Virus record (IMG/VR): IMGVR_UViG_3300027833_000022 | Span: 39,159 to 103,158 of that record | Length of the DNA stretch: 64,000 nucleotides | Origin: a virus | Reading direction: 5' to 3' (one strand) | Shown here: positions 47,786-58,168 of the stretch, piece after piece | Position numbering within the stretch: position 1 is the stretch's first letter | How the letters are laid out: each line of letters starts with the position of its first letter | The notes under the pieces: model-generated | The model's database searches: none | What the model saw: only the letters and a program-made list of their open reading frames with translations | What the model was told of the DNA's origin: nothing | Program-made: the position numbers and the translations under genes

Positions 47786-48633
47786 TGAAACAATATTTAC
47801 AATCGTTGAGTGACGTGACAGAACATGGCGAAGATAGAACTGATCGTACTGGAACTGGTACTCGTAGTTTATTCGGTCATCAGTCAAGATACAATCTACA
47901 AGATGGGTTCCCAGCAGTCACTACAAAAAGATTAGCATGGAACGCAGTAGTAAGTGAACTACTTTGGTTCCTTGAAGGTAGCACAGACGAGAGAAGATTG
48001 TCGTATATACTTCATGGTACTCGTGATATCAAAAATAAAACTATATGGACGGCTAATGCAGACAATCAAGGTGCTGCATTAGGATACACCAATACAGATG
48101 AAGTCAAAGAACTTGGACCTGTGTATGGTAAGCAATGGGTAGATTTCGGTGGGGTAAACCAGATTGAATGGGCGATCAACGAGATCAAGACTAATCCCGA
48201 TAGTAGACGTATCATAGTAAGCGCATGGAACCCACCATTGATTGATAAAATGGCGTTACCACCATGTCATACAATGTTTCAATTCTATGTGATGAATGGA
48301 AAATTAAGTTGCCAGATGTATCAGCGTAGTGCTGATATGTTTCTTGGTGTACCATTCAACATTGCAAGTTATTCATTGTTGGTTCACATCATAGCAAATA
48401 TTTGCGACTTGGAAGTAGGTACGTTTGTGCATACGATTGGTGATGCTCATATCTATCAGAACCATACCACACAAGTACAAGAGCAATTGAAGCGCCCACC
48501 AATGGAGTTACCAACACTAAATATCAGTAAGCAATTCACATCGTTATCTGATGTGTTAGCATCTTCTGTAGAAGATTATCAATTGGCAAATTACTATCCA
48601 ATGCCTTTCATCAAAGCACCAATGGCGGTATAA
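47785..48633 (+). CDS. thyA: Thymidylate synthase
   Basis: DRTGTGT, ELLWFLEG, LGPVYG, MALPPCH, YQRSADMFLGVPFN. Confidence 0.95.
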   Translation: MKQYLQSLSDVTEHGEDRTDRTGTGTRSLFGHQSRYNLQDGFPAVTTKRLAWNAVVSELLWFLEGSTDERRLSYILHGTRDIKNKTIWTANADNQGAALGYTNTDEVKELGPVYGKQWVDFGGVNQIEWAINEIKTNPDSRRIIVSAWNPPLIDKMALPPCHTMFQFYVMNGKLSCQMYQRSADMFLGVPFNIASYSLLVHIIANICDLEVGTFVHTIGDAHIYQNHTTQVQEQLKRPPMELPTLNISKQFTSLSDVLASSVEDYQLANYYPMPFIKAPMAV

Positions 48634-49400
48634 TGAAAAAATCAACAGCAGTGGTAGTTTCTGGCGGATTCGATCCGTTGCATAGTGGACACATTGCTAT
48701 GTTTGAAGAGGCACGCAATCTTGGTGACTACCTTGTAGTTGCTGTGAACAGCGAAGAATGGCTAACTCGCAAGAAGGGTAGATCGTTTATGTCGTTATCT
48801 GAGCGAATGTATATTATTAAGAATCTTAGTATGGTTACAACTGTAACTGCAATTGATGATGCTGATGATACCGCGATAGATGCTATCTACAAAGCACAAT
48901 CTATATTCCCTGCTAGTAATATTATTTTTGCTAATGGTGGTGATAGAACATCAGAGAATATCCCAGAGATGTTATTGTTAAAACTAATGAGCGATAATCT
49001 ATCATTCGCATTTGGTATAGGTGGTACAGAAAAAAAGAATAGTTCCAGTACTATATTAGATGATTGGAATACACACCGAACTGAACGTGATTGGGGTTAC
49101 TGGCGTGTGTTAGATGATAAGAAAACTGTGAAAGTAAAAGAACTTGTTATCATGCCTGGAAAAAGTTTAAGCAATCAACGACACGAATTCCGTAACGAAA
49201 CATGGCATGTTATTAAAGGTGAATGCAAAATTCAATTTGATGACACTGAAATTACAACTACAGCAAAGATAGGTGACATAAATATTATACCTATCATGAC
49301 ATGGCATAAGTCATATAACGATACTGATGAGCCTTGTCATATAATTGAAATACAATCTGGTGAGAAATGCACCGAAGAAGACATAGAGAGAAGAGAATGA
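48633..49400 (+). CDS. Cytidylyltransferase fused to a mannose-6-phosphate isomerase-type cupin
   Basis: SGGFDPLHSGH and FANGGDR N-domain; RDWGYW, SLSNQRHEFRNETW, IIEIQSG cupin. Confidence 0.85.
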   Translation: MKKSTAVVVSGGFDPLHSGHIAMFEEARNLGDYLVVAVNSEEWLTRKKGRSFMSLSERMYIIKNLSMVTTVTAIDDADDTAIDAIYKAQSIFPASNIIFANGGDRTSENIPEMLLLKLMSDNLSFAFGIGGTEKKNSSSTILDDWNTHRTERDWGYWRVLDDKKTVKVKELVIMPGKSLSNQRHEFRNETWHVIKGECKIQFDDTEITTTAKIGDINIIPIMTWHKSYNDTDEPCHIIEIQSGEKCTEEDIERRE

Positions 49401-50623
49401 CTAATAAAATCAACAAGTCAAAATTGATCAATACACATCAACCTTACGCCGCGTCTATAGAGAAATGGCAACCAGATCCTATGTTCGGAAAGGTTTGGAT
49501 TAAAGATATTACTGGATTGGAATTTGTAACGCCCGACTTATCAGGCAAATATTGCTCAAAATTATACAATTGGTTAGAAGTTGATATGTGGGGGAAATGT
49601 TGGATGTGTTGTCCAAGTTGGCTGCCATATCATATTGGAAATATATTAGAAGAGAGTATAGAGGAAATATGGAATGGTGCAAAAGCACAAGAGTTGCGCA
49701 AACAAATATTTGATGGGACATGGAATTATTGTCAGGCAAGTTTCTGTCCACTTATACAAGGTGATAATTTACCTGATATAAAAGATATTCTTGATGGTAG
49801 TCATCAAAAAGTGAATCAACATGAACTTGACGCACTAAAATCTAAATCATTAATATCAACTGAATTACCAACATGTATTAACTTTAGCAATGATGAAAGT
49901 TGTAATTTGAAATGTCCAAGTTGTAGAACTACTAAACTATTGTATACCGTAGGAACTGAGTATGATAGACGAAAAATTATCAATGATAAAATAGTAGAAG
50001 CATTCTTAACTACGCCCACCGAACGAAAGTTTAGTATTTTTGTAACAGGCAGTGGCGACCCATTTGCTAGTAAAATTTATCGTGACATGTTATATAATTT
50101 GAACGGTAATGATTTTCCAAATCTATCTGTTGTGATGCAAACAAATGGTGTTATGTATACTGAAAAGATGTGGAATAATATTAGCAAAATACATTCTAAC
50201 TTAACTGATTGTCGTATTAGTTTTGATGCCGCAACAAAAGATACATATGAGAACAAAACTCGGTTGAATGGAGATTGGGACTTGCTATTAAGCAATTGCA
50301 AATTTCTGGACAGTAAACGAAACGAGTTTCCCAACTTTAGAATCTCATACGACTTTGTAGTTCAAAAAGATAATTACAAAGAAATGAAACAGTATATAGA
50401 ATTAGTAACAGCCAATTACCCAAATTTCTTTCAAATATGTTTTAGTATGGTAAGCGATTGGGGTACATGGGCACCCGAAATTTATAATGAGAAATGTATT
50501 TGGAAAGATAATCATCCAGAACACCAAGAATTTTTAGATTGTTTAAAAGATCCTATATTTGATAATATCAATATTGATCTAGGTAATTTAACATCAATGA
50601 GAAACAAGGCAATATCACAATGA
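49397..50623 (+). CDS. Radical SAM protein with N-terminal SPASM/twitch-like Cys cluster
   Basis: CNLKCPSC; GSGDPF; N-terminal CWMCC, IGNI..ESIEEIWN. Confidence 0.85.
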   Translation: MTNKINKSKLINTHQPYAASIEKWQPDPMFGKVWIKDITGLEFVTPDLSGKYCSKLYNWLEVDMWGKCWMCCPSWLPYHIGNILEESIEEIWNGAKAQELRKQIFDGTWNYCQASFCPLIQGDNLPDIKDILDGSHQKVNQHELDALKSKSLISTELPTCINFSNDESCNLKCPSCRTTKLLYTVGTEYDRRKIINDKIVEAFLTTPTERKFSIFVTGSGDPFASKIYRDMLYNLNGNDFPNLSVVMQTNGVMYTEKMWNNISKIHSNLTDCRISFDAATKDTYENKTRLNGDWDLLLSNCKFLDSKRNEFPNFRISYDFVVQKDNYKEMKQYIELVTANYPNFFQICFSMVSDWGTWAPEIYNEKCIWKDNHPEHQEFLDCLKDPIFDNINIDLGNLTSMRNKAISQ

Positions 50624-52083
50624 ATGAAAATGAATTAGGTCGCGCATTAATTATGAAAGACAAACTTAATGACGTGGGAAAAGGATTCTGCTTGGCTAAG
50701 TGGGATCAAGTAACAATGCATTTACATAATGGTATGACGCATAGTTGTCATCACCCTGCCCCTCATAAGATACCATTAGAAGAAATATCACAAAACCATA
50801 AAGCAATTCATAACAGTCGTGAAAAAATAGATGAACGTAAAGCTATGTTAAATGGTGAACGTCCTAGTCCATGTAACTTTTGTTATAAAATGGAAGATAG
50901 AAATAAAGAAGCCGTTAGTGATAGATATTTAAAAAGTGCTAACTTGTTTGCAGATCGGTTTGATACAATTGTAAAAAGCGGCGCAGGATATGATCACACT
51001 CCACAATACGTAGAAGTTAGTTTTAGTAATGCATGTAATTTAAAATGCACATACTGTGGTCCTCATTTTAGTAGTAAGTGGCAACAAGAACAACAGCAAA
51101 ATGACCCAATTATGCTCACTGATGCACAATCTAAGCAGCCAACTTGGGACTACCATAGTTTGGAATATTTGAAGTCAATAAATGAATTGCCAATACCACA
51201 CAACCAAAACAATCCATATGTTGATGCATTTTGGAAATGGTGGCCAGAACTTAGAACAACTTTAAAAACGCTTAGGGTCACTGGTGGCGAACCGCTAATG
51301 AGTAAAGACACTTTTAAACTGCTAAGTGAAATTGAAAAACACCCAATGCCAGACCTCGAGCTGGGTATTAACACTAACCTAAATGCTCCTGAGCAGGCAT
51401 GGCAAAAACTGATTGAATTTATCAAGAAGAATGAGCAAGAGAACCTAGTAAAGAAAATTACACTGTACACTAGTTTAGACGGCTGGGGTAAACAAGCAGA
51501 ATACATTCGTAGTGGGTTAGATTTTAATATGTTGTGGGACAGATTAATGTACCTTATAGAAACTCATCCAACAGTTGACAATACAATAATGACAGCGTAT
51601 AGTGTATTGAGTGTGCCTAGCTATGGTCAATTCCTAGAAAAAATACTAAAAATTAAGAAATCTAAAAACAGATATAACGGCAGATTCACACAGTACTCGG
51701 AGTTCTTCTTAAAGAATAATCTAATAGATGATTTTGTGCGTGGCGATAAACCGTGTGCAGTGCATGTGGATATTAGTCCTATCACGTTTCCTCCGTTTTT
51801 AAGTTTAGCAATTCCCCCAAAGGAATTAGTTATGCCCTATGCCTGGGACCAATATGATTTTATGATGCAAAATCTTACGTCTGGTCAAGACAACCGAGCG
51901 TTTTATGATTACGAGGCAGAGAAAATGGGACGGGTTGTGGATTCTTGTTACTACAGTACCGATGACGATAATACTGTACATCGGGCCAACTTTAGAAAAT
52001 TTATAGACACAATGGACAGCAGACGAAACACAAAATTTGTAGAAGTGTTTCCTGAACTTGAAGAATACTATAGGAAATGTTAA
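50620..52083 (+). CDS. Radical SAM protein (twitch-like N-terminus)
   Basis: CNLKCTYC; TGGEPLM; N-terminal FCLAKW...SCHH...CNFC. Confidence 0.9.
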   Translation: MNENELGRALIMKDKLNDVGKGFCLAKWDQVTMHLHNGMTHSCHHPAPHKIPLEEISQNHKAIHNSREKIDERKAMLNGERPSPCNFCYKMEDRNKEAVSDRYLKSANLFADRFDTIVKSGAGYDHTPQYVEVSFSNACNLKCTYCGPHFSSKWQQEQQQNDPIMLTDAQSKQPTWDYHSLEYLKSINELPIPHNQNNPYVDAFWKWWPELRTTLKTLRVTGGEPLMSKDTFKLLSEIEKHPMPDLELGINTNLNAPEQAWQKLIEFIKKNEQENLVKKITLYTSLDGWGKQAEYIRSGLDFNMLWDRLMYLIETHPTVDNTIMTAYSVLSVPSYGQFLEKILKIKKSKNRYNGRFTQYSEFFLKNNLIDDFVRGDKPCAVHVDISPITFPPFLSLAIPPKELVMPYAWDQYDFMMQNLTSGQDNRAFYDYEAEKMGRVVDSCYYSTDDDNTVHRANFRKFIDTMDSRRNTKFVEVFPELEEYYRKC

Positions 52084-52086
52084 AAA

Positions 52087-53376
52087 ATGAATATTAAAGA
52101 ACTTATAATAAAAAACGATATGTCGTTAACCGACATAACTGAACAAACAAAAAGTTACTGTCCGTTACCTTGGAGTCATCTGCATATTAGTGCCAAAGGC
52201 GATGTGCTTCCTTGTTGTATTGGAAACTGGGATTTACCACTCGGTAATATAAATGAACAGAGTTTTGATGAAATATGGCAAGGAGATAAGATCAATAAAA
52301 TGCGCAAAGCATTAATAGACGATAAGAAAGTACCTGAGTGTAGTACTTGTTACTTGAAAGAAAAGGATAGCGGATTTAGTTTACGACATGATAATATTAA
52401 TAAATTTCACGAAGTAAGTAAAGAAATGGTGCTTAGTACAAATGAAGATGGATCAGCACCACTCGCAAAGCCTGTGTATTGGGATATTAGATTCAGTAAT
52501 ATATGTAATATGAGATGCAGGATGTGCGGACACTTTAGTAGTAGTAAGTGGTTCGCAGATGCAGAGAGTTTGACAAAAGATGGTTTATCTAATTATAGCA
52601 CAGATAGTGATACAGCAATAATACATGGGGTAGAAGAGAGTGAGAAATTATTAAACAGGTTAGAAGAATATTTACCTTACGTGAAAGAAATATATTTCGC
52701 TGGCGGTGAGCCGTTGTTTATGGAAGAACATTATACTATAATGAATAAACTAATTGAGATGGGATTAACTGATATATTTATTAGATACAGTTCAAATATG
52801 AGTATAATGAAGTACAAAAAAACAAATGTAATTGATTTGTGGAAAAAATTCAGTAATGTATATTGCGCTGCTAGTATTGATACATATGGTGACAGAGCAG
52901 AGAATATACGCAAAGACACTGATTGGAATGTTATAGAAAAAAACATTGGATTAATAAAGACTAACGCACCTGATGTATGGGTAACAATTGCACCAACGAT
53001 ACAAATTATGAATGCATATTCAGTATGTGAATTAAATGAACAGTGGATTACTAATGGTTGGGTTAATCGATGGTCTATGTCTTGGAATATTTTATCAAAT
53101 CCTGGGTTTTTTAATATCCAATATTTACCAGATCATATGAAAGAAGAAATAGAAACAATATGGAGAAGTCATTTAAAATGGTTAGACATCGATAAGTCAG
53201 CGCCTGCAGCACAGACAATTAATACAGCCATCAAATGGATGAATAGTGGCACATTTAATGCAGATAAATTAATTGAAATGTGTGAACATACTAAACGCAT
53301 AGACCTATTACGAGGCGAAGATACCAGAGCAACATTCCCAGAACTTAATTATATTTGGGAAAACTACTGGAAATGA
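52087..53376 (+). CDS. Radical SAM protein (twitch-like N-terminus)
   Basis: CNMRCRMC; AGGEPLF; N-terminal YCPLPW...PCC...CSTC. Confidence 0.9.
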   Translation: MNIKELIIKNDMSLTDITEQTKSYCPLPWSHLHISAKGDVLPCCIGNWDLPLGNINEQSFDEIWQGDKINKMRKALIDDKKVPECSTCYLKEKDSGFSLRHDNINKFHEVSKEMVLSTNEDGSAPLAKPVYWDIRFSNICNMRCRMCGHFSSSKWFADAESLTKDGLSNYSTDSDTAIIHGVEESEKLLNRLEEYLPYVKEIYFAGGEPLFMEEHYTIMNKLIEMGLTDIFIRYSSNMSIMKYKKTNVIDLWKKFSNVYCAASIDTYGDRAENIRKDTDWNVIEKNIGLIKTNAPDVWVTIAPTIQIMNAYSVCELNEQWITNGWVNRWSMSWNILSNPGFFNIQYLPDHMKEEIETIWRSHLKWLDIDKSAPAAQTINTAIKWMNSGTFNADKLIEMCEHTKRIDLLRGEDTRATFPELNYIWENYWK

Positions 53377-54599
53377 TCCCGCGCATTGAGGAGAATGATA
53401 ATTGGAATAGTTTATTATTGTCAGAATTAATAAATGATAGGTATGCATTAGAGCAGCAAGAAGATGGAGTGTATTTACACTGGTGCGAAATTAATTGCGA
53501 TATAGATAGTCATGCAGTAATGAATGGTAACATATTATCATTCATCCCTGATCATGTTATAAATGATGTGCGCGAAGGTAAAGCGAAGATAGTATTTAGT
53601 ACATGGCAAGAAAGTACTAATCCTATCGACACTTATCCTATTGAACATTGTATTGATTTTGATATAGTGTTAGAACAGTTCTGTGATGATGCATGTATAT
53701 CATGTAATGATGTTATTTGGATTAGTGGTGACTTAAAAGTACAAGAGAGACAACGAAGTACACGTATTACTGCTCATGGATTTACTTGCTATGGTCATGA
53801 TATACTGCGACACATTGAATCTGATATATCTAGGGACATGTGGAAATTGAAACCTATTACTGAACGTGTGTTCGAAAAAGATTTCATGTGTTTACAACGC
53901 TTCATGAAGCCTGGTAGAATATATTTGAGTCTATTATTATATCGTGCTAATTTAATACACACTCAATACGTGAGCATAGCAGACAGAATAAACGGATGGG
54001 GATTTCTTGAAAAGGCACGCGCATTCTATATCGCGATAAAAGACAATCACCAACATATGTCTACACGTGAAGTAGATGATGATTATTTTATTGATATGTG
54101 GCATGATCTCGCAGATTTGGGATTACATGTTCCGATGATAGTTGATGTACATGATCATGATAAAAATTGGTGTGCAGGTGCAGATACTACACTGAGTAGT
54201 TTAGATTTTTATAATAAAAGTTTTGCAAGTATTATAACTGAAACAGATATGCAGAGCAATGGATTATTTATTAGTGAAGCAACATTCAGGTCGTTTATAT
54301 ATCAACATCCTTGTGTCTGGGCTGGACAGTCAGGAATAGTGCAGCAATTAAAAGATTGGGGATTTAAAACATGGGACTGGTTAGCCAGCGAAGAATATGA
54401 TGAGTGTGTTTATATGATAGATAGATTGGATATGTGTAGAGATAGTTTACTAGAAATGATATCTGTTCCTAGAAGTGAACATATATTAAAACGCATCCAC
54501 GAACAGAATATTTATAATTGGGATCATTTAAAGCATAAATTCGTAGAAGATCAGCGAGATAGATTTGCTGCATTGTTGAATAAAATCGTAGATAAATAA
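53373..54599 (+). CDS. Hypothetical protein, possibly glycosyltransferase-related
   Basis: ATGA-coupled ORF; SIITET...FISEATF...WGFKTW pattern. Confidence 0.55.
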   Translation: MIPRIEENDNWNSLLLSELINDRYALEQQEDGVYLHWCEINCDIDSHAVMNGNILSFIPDHVINDVREGKAKIVFSTWQESTNPIDTYPIEHCIDFDIVLEQFCDDACISCNDVIWISGDLKVQERQRSTRITAHGFTCYGHDILRHIESDISRDMWKLKPITERVFEKDFMCLQRFMKPGRIYLSLLLYRANLIHTQYVSIADRINGWGFLEKARAFYIAIKDNHQHMSTREVDDDYFIDMWHDLADLGLHVPMIVDVHDHDKNWCAGADTTLSSLDFYNKSFASIITETDMQSNGLFISEATFRSFIYQHPCVWAGQSGIVQQLKDWGFKTWDWLASEEYDECVYMIDRLDMCRDSLLEMISVPRSEHILKRIHEQNIYNWDHLKHKFVEDQRDRFAALLNKIVDK

Positions 54600-54628
54600 A
54601 CATAGTAGTTAATTTTAAGAGAACAAAT

Positions 54629-55474
54629 ATGATTTTAATAACCGGAGCTAATGGCTTTATAGGAACACGATTACGCGAATACATGGATTGTATTACTGTT
54701 GATTATGATAATTGTGATTATAATGGGAACTTAAATGACATAGCCTTTGTCAACACGTTACCTGACGTTGACACAATTATACACTTAGCGGCTTTCAATA
54801 GTACAAAGAACTTTTATAGCACACCATTTAGTGTCATAGATAGTATCGTAACTCCCACGATGAACTTACTCAAGCGTTATCCTACTGCACACTTTGTGTA
54901 TGCTAGTAGCAGTGAAGGATATGCTAGTACAGTCAACCAAGGTTGGGCTTCCATACCAACACCAGAAGCAGTTGCACTCACGATAGAAGATATTCAGAAT
55001 CCTCGCTGGTGTTATGCTAGTGGTAAGATCGCAATGGAGAGTGCGGTTATTAGCAATAGTATTGAGAATAATAGCACGTATACTATCATACGCTTTCATA
55101 ACATTTACGGTCCTGGACAATTGAATCATTTTATTCCTGAGTTTGTAGATCGTCTAAGACAAGGTGATAGTGTTCTATACGGACACAGCGATACAAGAAG
55201 TTTCTGTTTCATAGATGATGCATGTGAACTTATTAAGAGAGTGTACAATACAGAGAACGAGATAATCAACATTGGTTCAGATGTAGAAACAACTATACTA
55301 GATGTGGCACATCAAATAATGGAATTGATGAATATAGATTACACCACACTCAGACTAGAAGATGGACAAGTAGGCAGCACACCACGCAGAGTGCCTGACA
55401 TTACTAAATTACAAAGCCTCGTATCAAACTTTGTGTACATTAGTCTAAAAGAAGGATTAAAAAAATGCTTGTAA
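54629..55474 (+). CDS. NAD-dependent nucleotide-sugar epimerase/dehydratase/decarboxylase (SDR)
   Basis: TGANGFIG, HLAA, ASSSE, YASGK (YxxxK), RFHNIYGP. Confidence 0.9.
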   Translation: MILITGANGFIGTRLREYMDCITVDYDNCDYNGNLNDIAFVNTLPDVDTIIHLAAFNSTKNFYSTPFSVIDSIVTPTMNLLKRYPTAHFVYASSSEGYASTVNQGWASIPTPEAVALTIEDIQNPRWCYASGKIAMESAVISNSIENNSTYTIIRFHNIYGPGQLNHFIPEFVDRLRQGDSVLYGHSDTRSFCFIDDACELIKRVYNTENEIINIGSDVETTILDVAHQIMELMNIDYTTLRLEDGQVGSTPRRVPDITKLQSLVSNFVYISLKEGLKKCL

Positions 55475-55980
55475 CTAGCAGTAACATGATAGGATCAAGT
55501 CCAATACAGTTAGTTCAACCTAACAAAGTTAATTTAATAATGATCATTTGCAATCATTGTCCTTACGTATTATTTAGAATGCCGGCTATTAGTAAATTAG
55601 TCAAAGACTATAAAGATCAAGTTAGGATTGTAGCGGTGAACAGCAATGACGCAAGTCCAACAACAGATGATAGCAGTCCAGAAGATGCACCAGAATTGAT
55701 GACAGCATTCACCGAACAGTGGGACCTAGAATGTGCATATGTATTTGATGAAGATCAAAGTATTGCACAAGAGTATGGTGCAGTATGTACACCAGAGTTT
55801 TATGTTGTTAACGAAGATGGTATTATTGTATATCATGGAGAACTAGATCCAAGTCACACAATAAATAAATTGATGCCTACTGGTAGTAGTTTGCGTCATG
55901 CACTAGATTTGACGCTGACGAATAAGTCAATCAATTGGGAACCTAATCCTAGTTTCGGATGCAGTGTTAAGTGGAAATAA
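55465..55980 (+). CDS. Thioredoxin-fold (AhpC/TSA-like) redoxin
   Basis: ICNHCPY, AVNSND, YGAVCTPEF, GCSVKW. Confidence 0.85.
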   Translation: MLVTSSNMIGSSPIQLVQPNKVNLIMIICNHCPYVLFRMPAISKLVKDYKDQVRIVAVNSNDASPTTDDSSPEDAPELMTAFTEQWDLECAYVFDEDQSIAQEYGAVCTPEFYVVNEDGIIVYHGELDPSHTINKLMPTGSSLRHALDLTLTNKSINWEPNPSFGCSVKWK

Positions 55981-55984
55981 AATA

Positions 55985-56722
55985 ATGAAAAGAACTAGCA
56001 GAAAATATAAAAATGATTACAAAGATATAAGTTATAGATTCAGTGATGAACTAGATAGTATGGATATTGATGAATGGAAAAAAGAAATTGCGTATAACTG
56101 TAGTCCATATACTGTTACTCAATTATCAGCAGTATTAGATTTAATAGATACCGTTGAAGATATTATATTAAACGATATCCCTGGAGATTTAGTAGAATGT
56201 GGTGTATTCATGGGCGGTAGTTGTATGATAATGGCAGAAACCTTAAAACACCATAATACTAATCGTACTATCTGGATGTTTGATACATTTGATGGAGTAC
56301 CATCTCCTAACGATGAAGATGTAACACCCGAAGGCACAAGTTTAAAACAATGGTATGAAGAGCAGAAATTAGATGACAACAATGAAAGTAAGTGGTGTTA
56401 TAGTGCATTAGACACAGTTAAAGATAATTTCAAAGAATGTGATTATACTGGCGCTGTTAACTTTGTAATTGGAAATGTAGAAGACACCATACCAACTATT
56501 GGTCTTAGTAATATTGCACTACTTAGGATAGATGTTGATTTAGCAAAGCCTACTAGACATGTACTAGATAATTTTTATTCACTAATATCAACAAATGGAC
56601 ATTTAATTTTAGATGACTATGGACATTTCCCAGCAGTCAAAATGACAGTTGATGATTACTTTAAAGATGATACGATAGAGTTAATTGAAATCTCATATAC
56701 AGTCAGGCGTATGGTGAAATGA
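55985..56722 (+). CDS. TylF/MycF-family sugar O-methyltransferase
   Basis: PGDLVECGVFMGGS, FDTFDG, LLRIDVD, LDDYG. Confidence 0.85.
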   Translation: MKRTSRKYKNDYKDISYRFSDELDSMDIDEWKKEIAYNCSPYTVTQLSAVLDLIDTVEDIILNDIPGDLVECGVFMGGSCMIMAETLKHHNTNRTIWMFDTFDGVPSPNDEDVTPEGTSLKQWYEEQKLDDNNESKWCYSALDTVKDNFKECDYTGAVNFVIGNVEDTIPTIGLSNIALLRIDVDLAKPTRHVLDNFYSLISTNGHLILDDYGHFPAVKMTVDDYFKDDTIELIEISYTVRRMVK

Positions 56723-57510
56723 AAATAGGAATAGTAGGTCTAGGAATAGTAGGAACCGCATGCAAGATTGGATTTGAGCATTGTGGATACATAGTTATAC
56801 CACATGATATTAAATTGAATACACATATAACAGACCTACTAGAAGCAGAAATTGTTTATCTATGTGTGCCTACACCTACCAATAACCAAGGAGAATGTGA
56901 TACACGGATTGTAGAAAGTGTAATTGCAGAACTACGCGCAGCGCATTATGAAGGGGTTATTGTTATTAAGTCAACCGTAGTGCCTGGAACAACTGAAAGA
57001 TTGATTGAACAATATGATGACAGAATTGTATTCGTACCAGAGTTTCTAAAGGAACGCAGTGCTAATTATGACTTTGTATTTAACCATAAGTTATTATTGG
57101 TGGGCACAGAGAATGTTAATCACTATTATCTTGTACATAGATCACATGGTAAAATACCAGAAGATATAATGAGAGTTACGCCAACAGAAGCTGAACTAAT
57201 GAAGTATTATCACAATACATTTAATGCATTGCGAGTAGTGTTCTCTAATGTTATGTTTGAGATAAGTGACAAGATGGGAGCAGACTATGATACTGTTAAA
57301 GAAGCGTTTTTGCGTAACAGTGAAATGCCAGATGAGTACTTAGATGTTAAGTCGGAACTACGAGGATATGGTGGCGCCTGCTTACCAAAAGATGTTCTTG
57401 CAATGGACAATACATGTAAGAAATTAGGTATACCAAATAAATTATTTGAGTATATTGATAAAGAAAACAATCTGTTTAACAAAACAGTATTTAAAGGAAT
57501 GAGACTATAA
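56719..57510 (+). CDS. ugd: UDP-glucose/GDP-mannose 6-dehydrogenase (lacks C-terminal domain)
   Basis: GLGIVG, CVPTP, KSTVVPG, PEFLKE, AELMKY, GYGGACLPKD. Confidence 0.85.
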   Translation: MKIGIVGLGIVGTACKIGFEHCGYIVIPHDIKLNTHITDLLEAEIVYLCVPTPTNNQGECDTRIVESVIAELRAAHYEGVIVIKSTVVPGTTERLIEQYDDRIVFVPEFLKERSANYDFVFNHKLLLVGTENVNHYYLVHRSHGKIPEDIMRVTPTEAELMKYYHNTFNALRVVFSNVMFEISDKMGADYDTVKEAFLRNSEMPDEYLDVKSELRGYGGACLPKDVLAMDNTCKKLGIPNKLFEYIDKENNLFNKTVFKGMRL

Positions 57511-58166
57511 TGGGTAATGCAGTTAAAAAAAGTATATATAATGATAATGCTAACCTGTGTTGGGGTATGATTGAACATTTTAAACACAGTAATGATAATG
57601 GGATGTGTATTGATATTGGGGCATGTTATGGAAGTTATTCGGATTACTACGTATCCTTATTTGAAAATGTAGTTTGCTTTGAAGCAAACTACCACCTTGA
57701 GACATTCTTAAAAAAACGCCTAGGTAACTATGATAATATAAAAATTCATATGAATGGACTTGGTAATCCCGACGACCATAATACTGAAAAGGTATTTTAT
57801 GCGGTTAGTTGGGAAGAGATAGTAGATCCTACTAAAGCAAGATGGCGCGGCATTTCAAGTTACAGTCGCGATCATGTCGTTAACTGGACTCGTGAACCTG
57901 TGTACTATAATGAGATTAAAACAACAATTAGAACATTAGATAGTTATAACTTAGCACCATCTTTTATTAAAATGGACGTAGAGCAAACCGAGACCGATGT
58001 TATTATGGGGGCAATGGAAACTATATTAAAGTATAGACCTACGCTGCAAGTAGAAGGAGGCGAAAGTGAGGAATTAATAGAAAGTTTAGGATATCGAAAA
58101 GTTTCGACCAAACAATCACCCCATAGCATCAACCTAACAGATCGAATATATGTATATGGGGGTTAA
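57510..58166 (+). CDS. FkbM-family methyltransferase
   Basis: IDIGACYG, FEAN, TLDS, FIKMDVE, GAMETILKYRP. Confidence 0.8.
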   Translation: MGNAVKKSIYNDNANLCWGMIEHFKHSNDNGMCIDIGACYGSYSDYYVSLFENVVCFEANYHLETFLKKRLGNYDNIKIHMNGLGNPDDHNTEKVFYAVSWEEIVDPTKARWRGISSYSRDHVVNWTREPVYYNEIKTTIRTLDSYNLAPSFIKMDVEQTETDVIMGAMETILKYRPTLQVEGGESEELIESLGYRKVSTKQSPHSINLTDRIYVYGG

Positions 58167-58168
58167 TA

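Noticed and set aside
47785-48633. ThyA as a dCMP hydroxymethylase for DNA hypermodification, or an intron-containing td
   Set aside because: It retains the dUMP-specifying Asn (GVPFN), is paired with DHFR, and the ORF is uninterrupted.
49397-53376. RiPP cluster
   Set aside because: No precursor peptide, RRE domain or transporter evident; the context is sugar metabolism.
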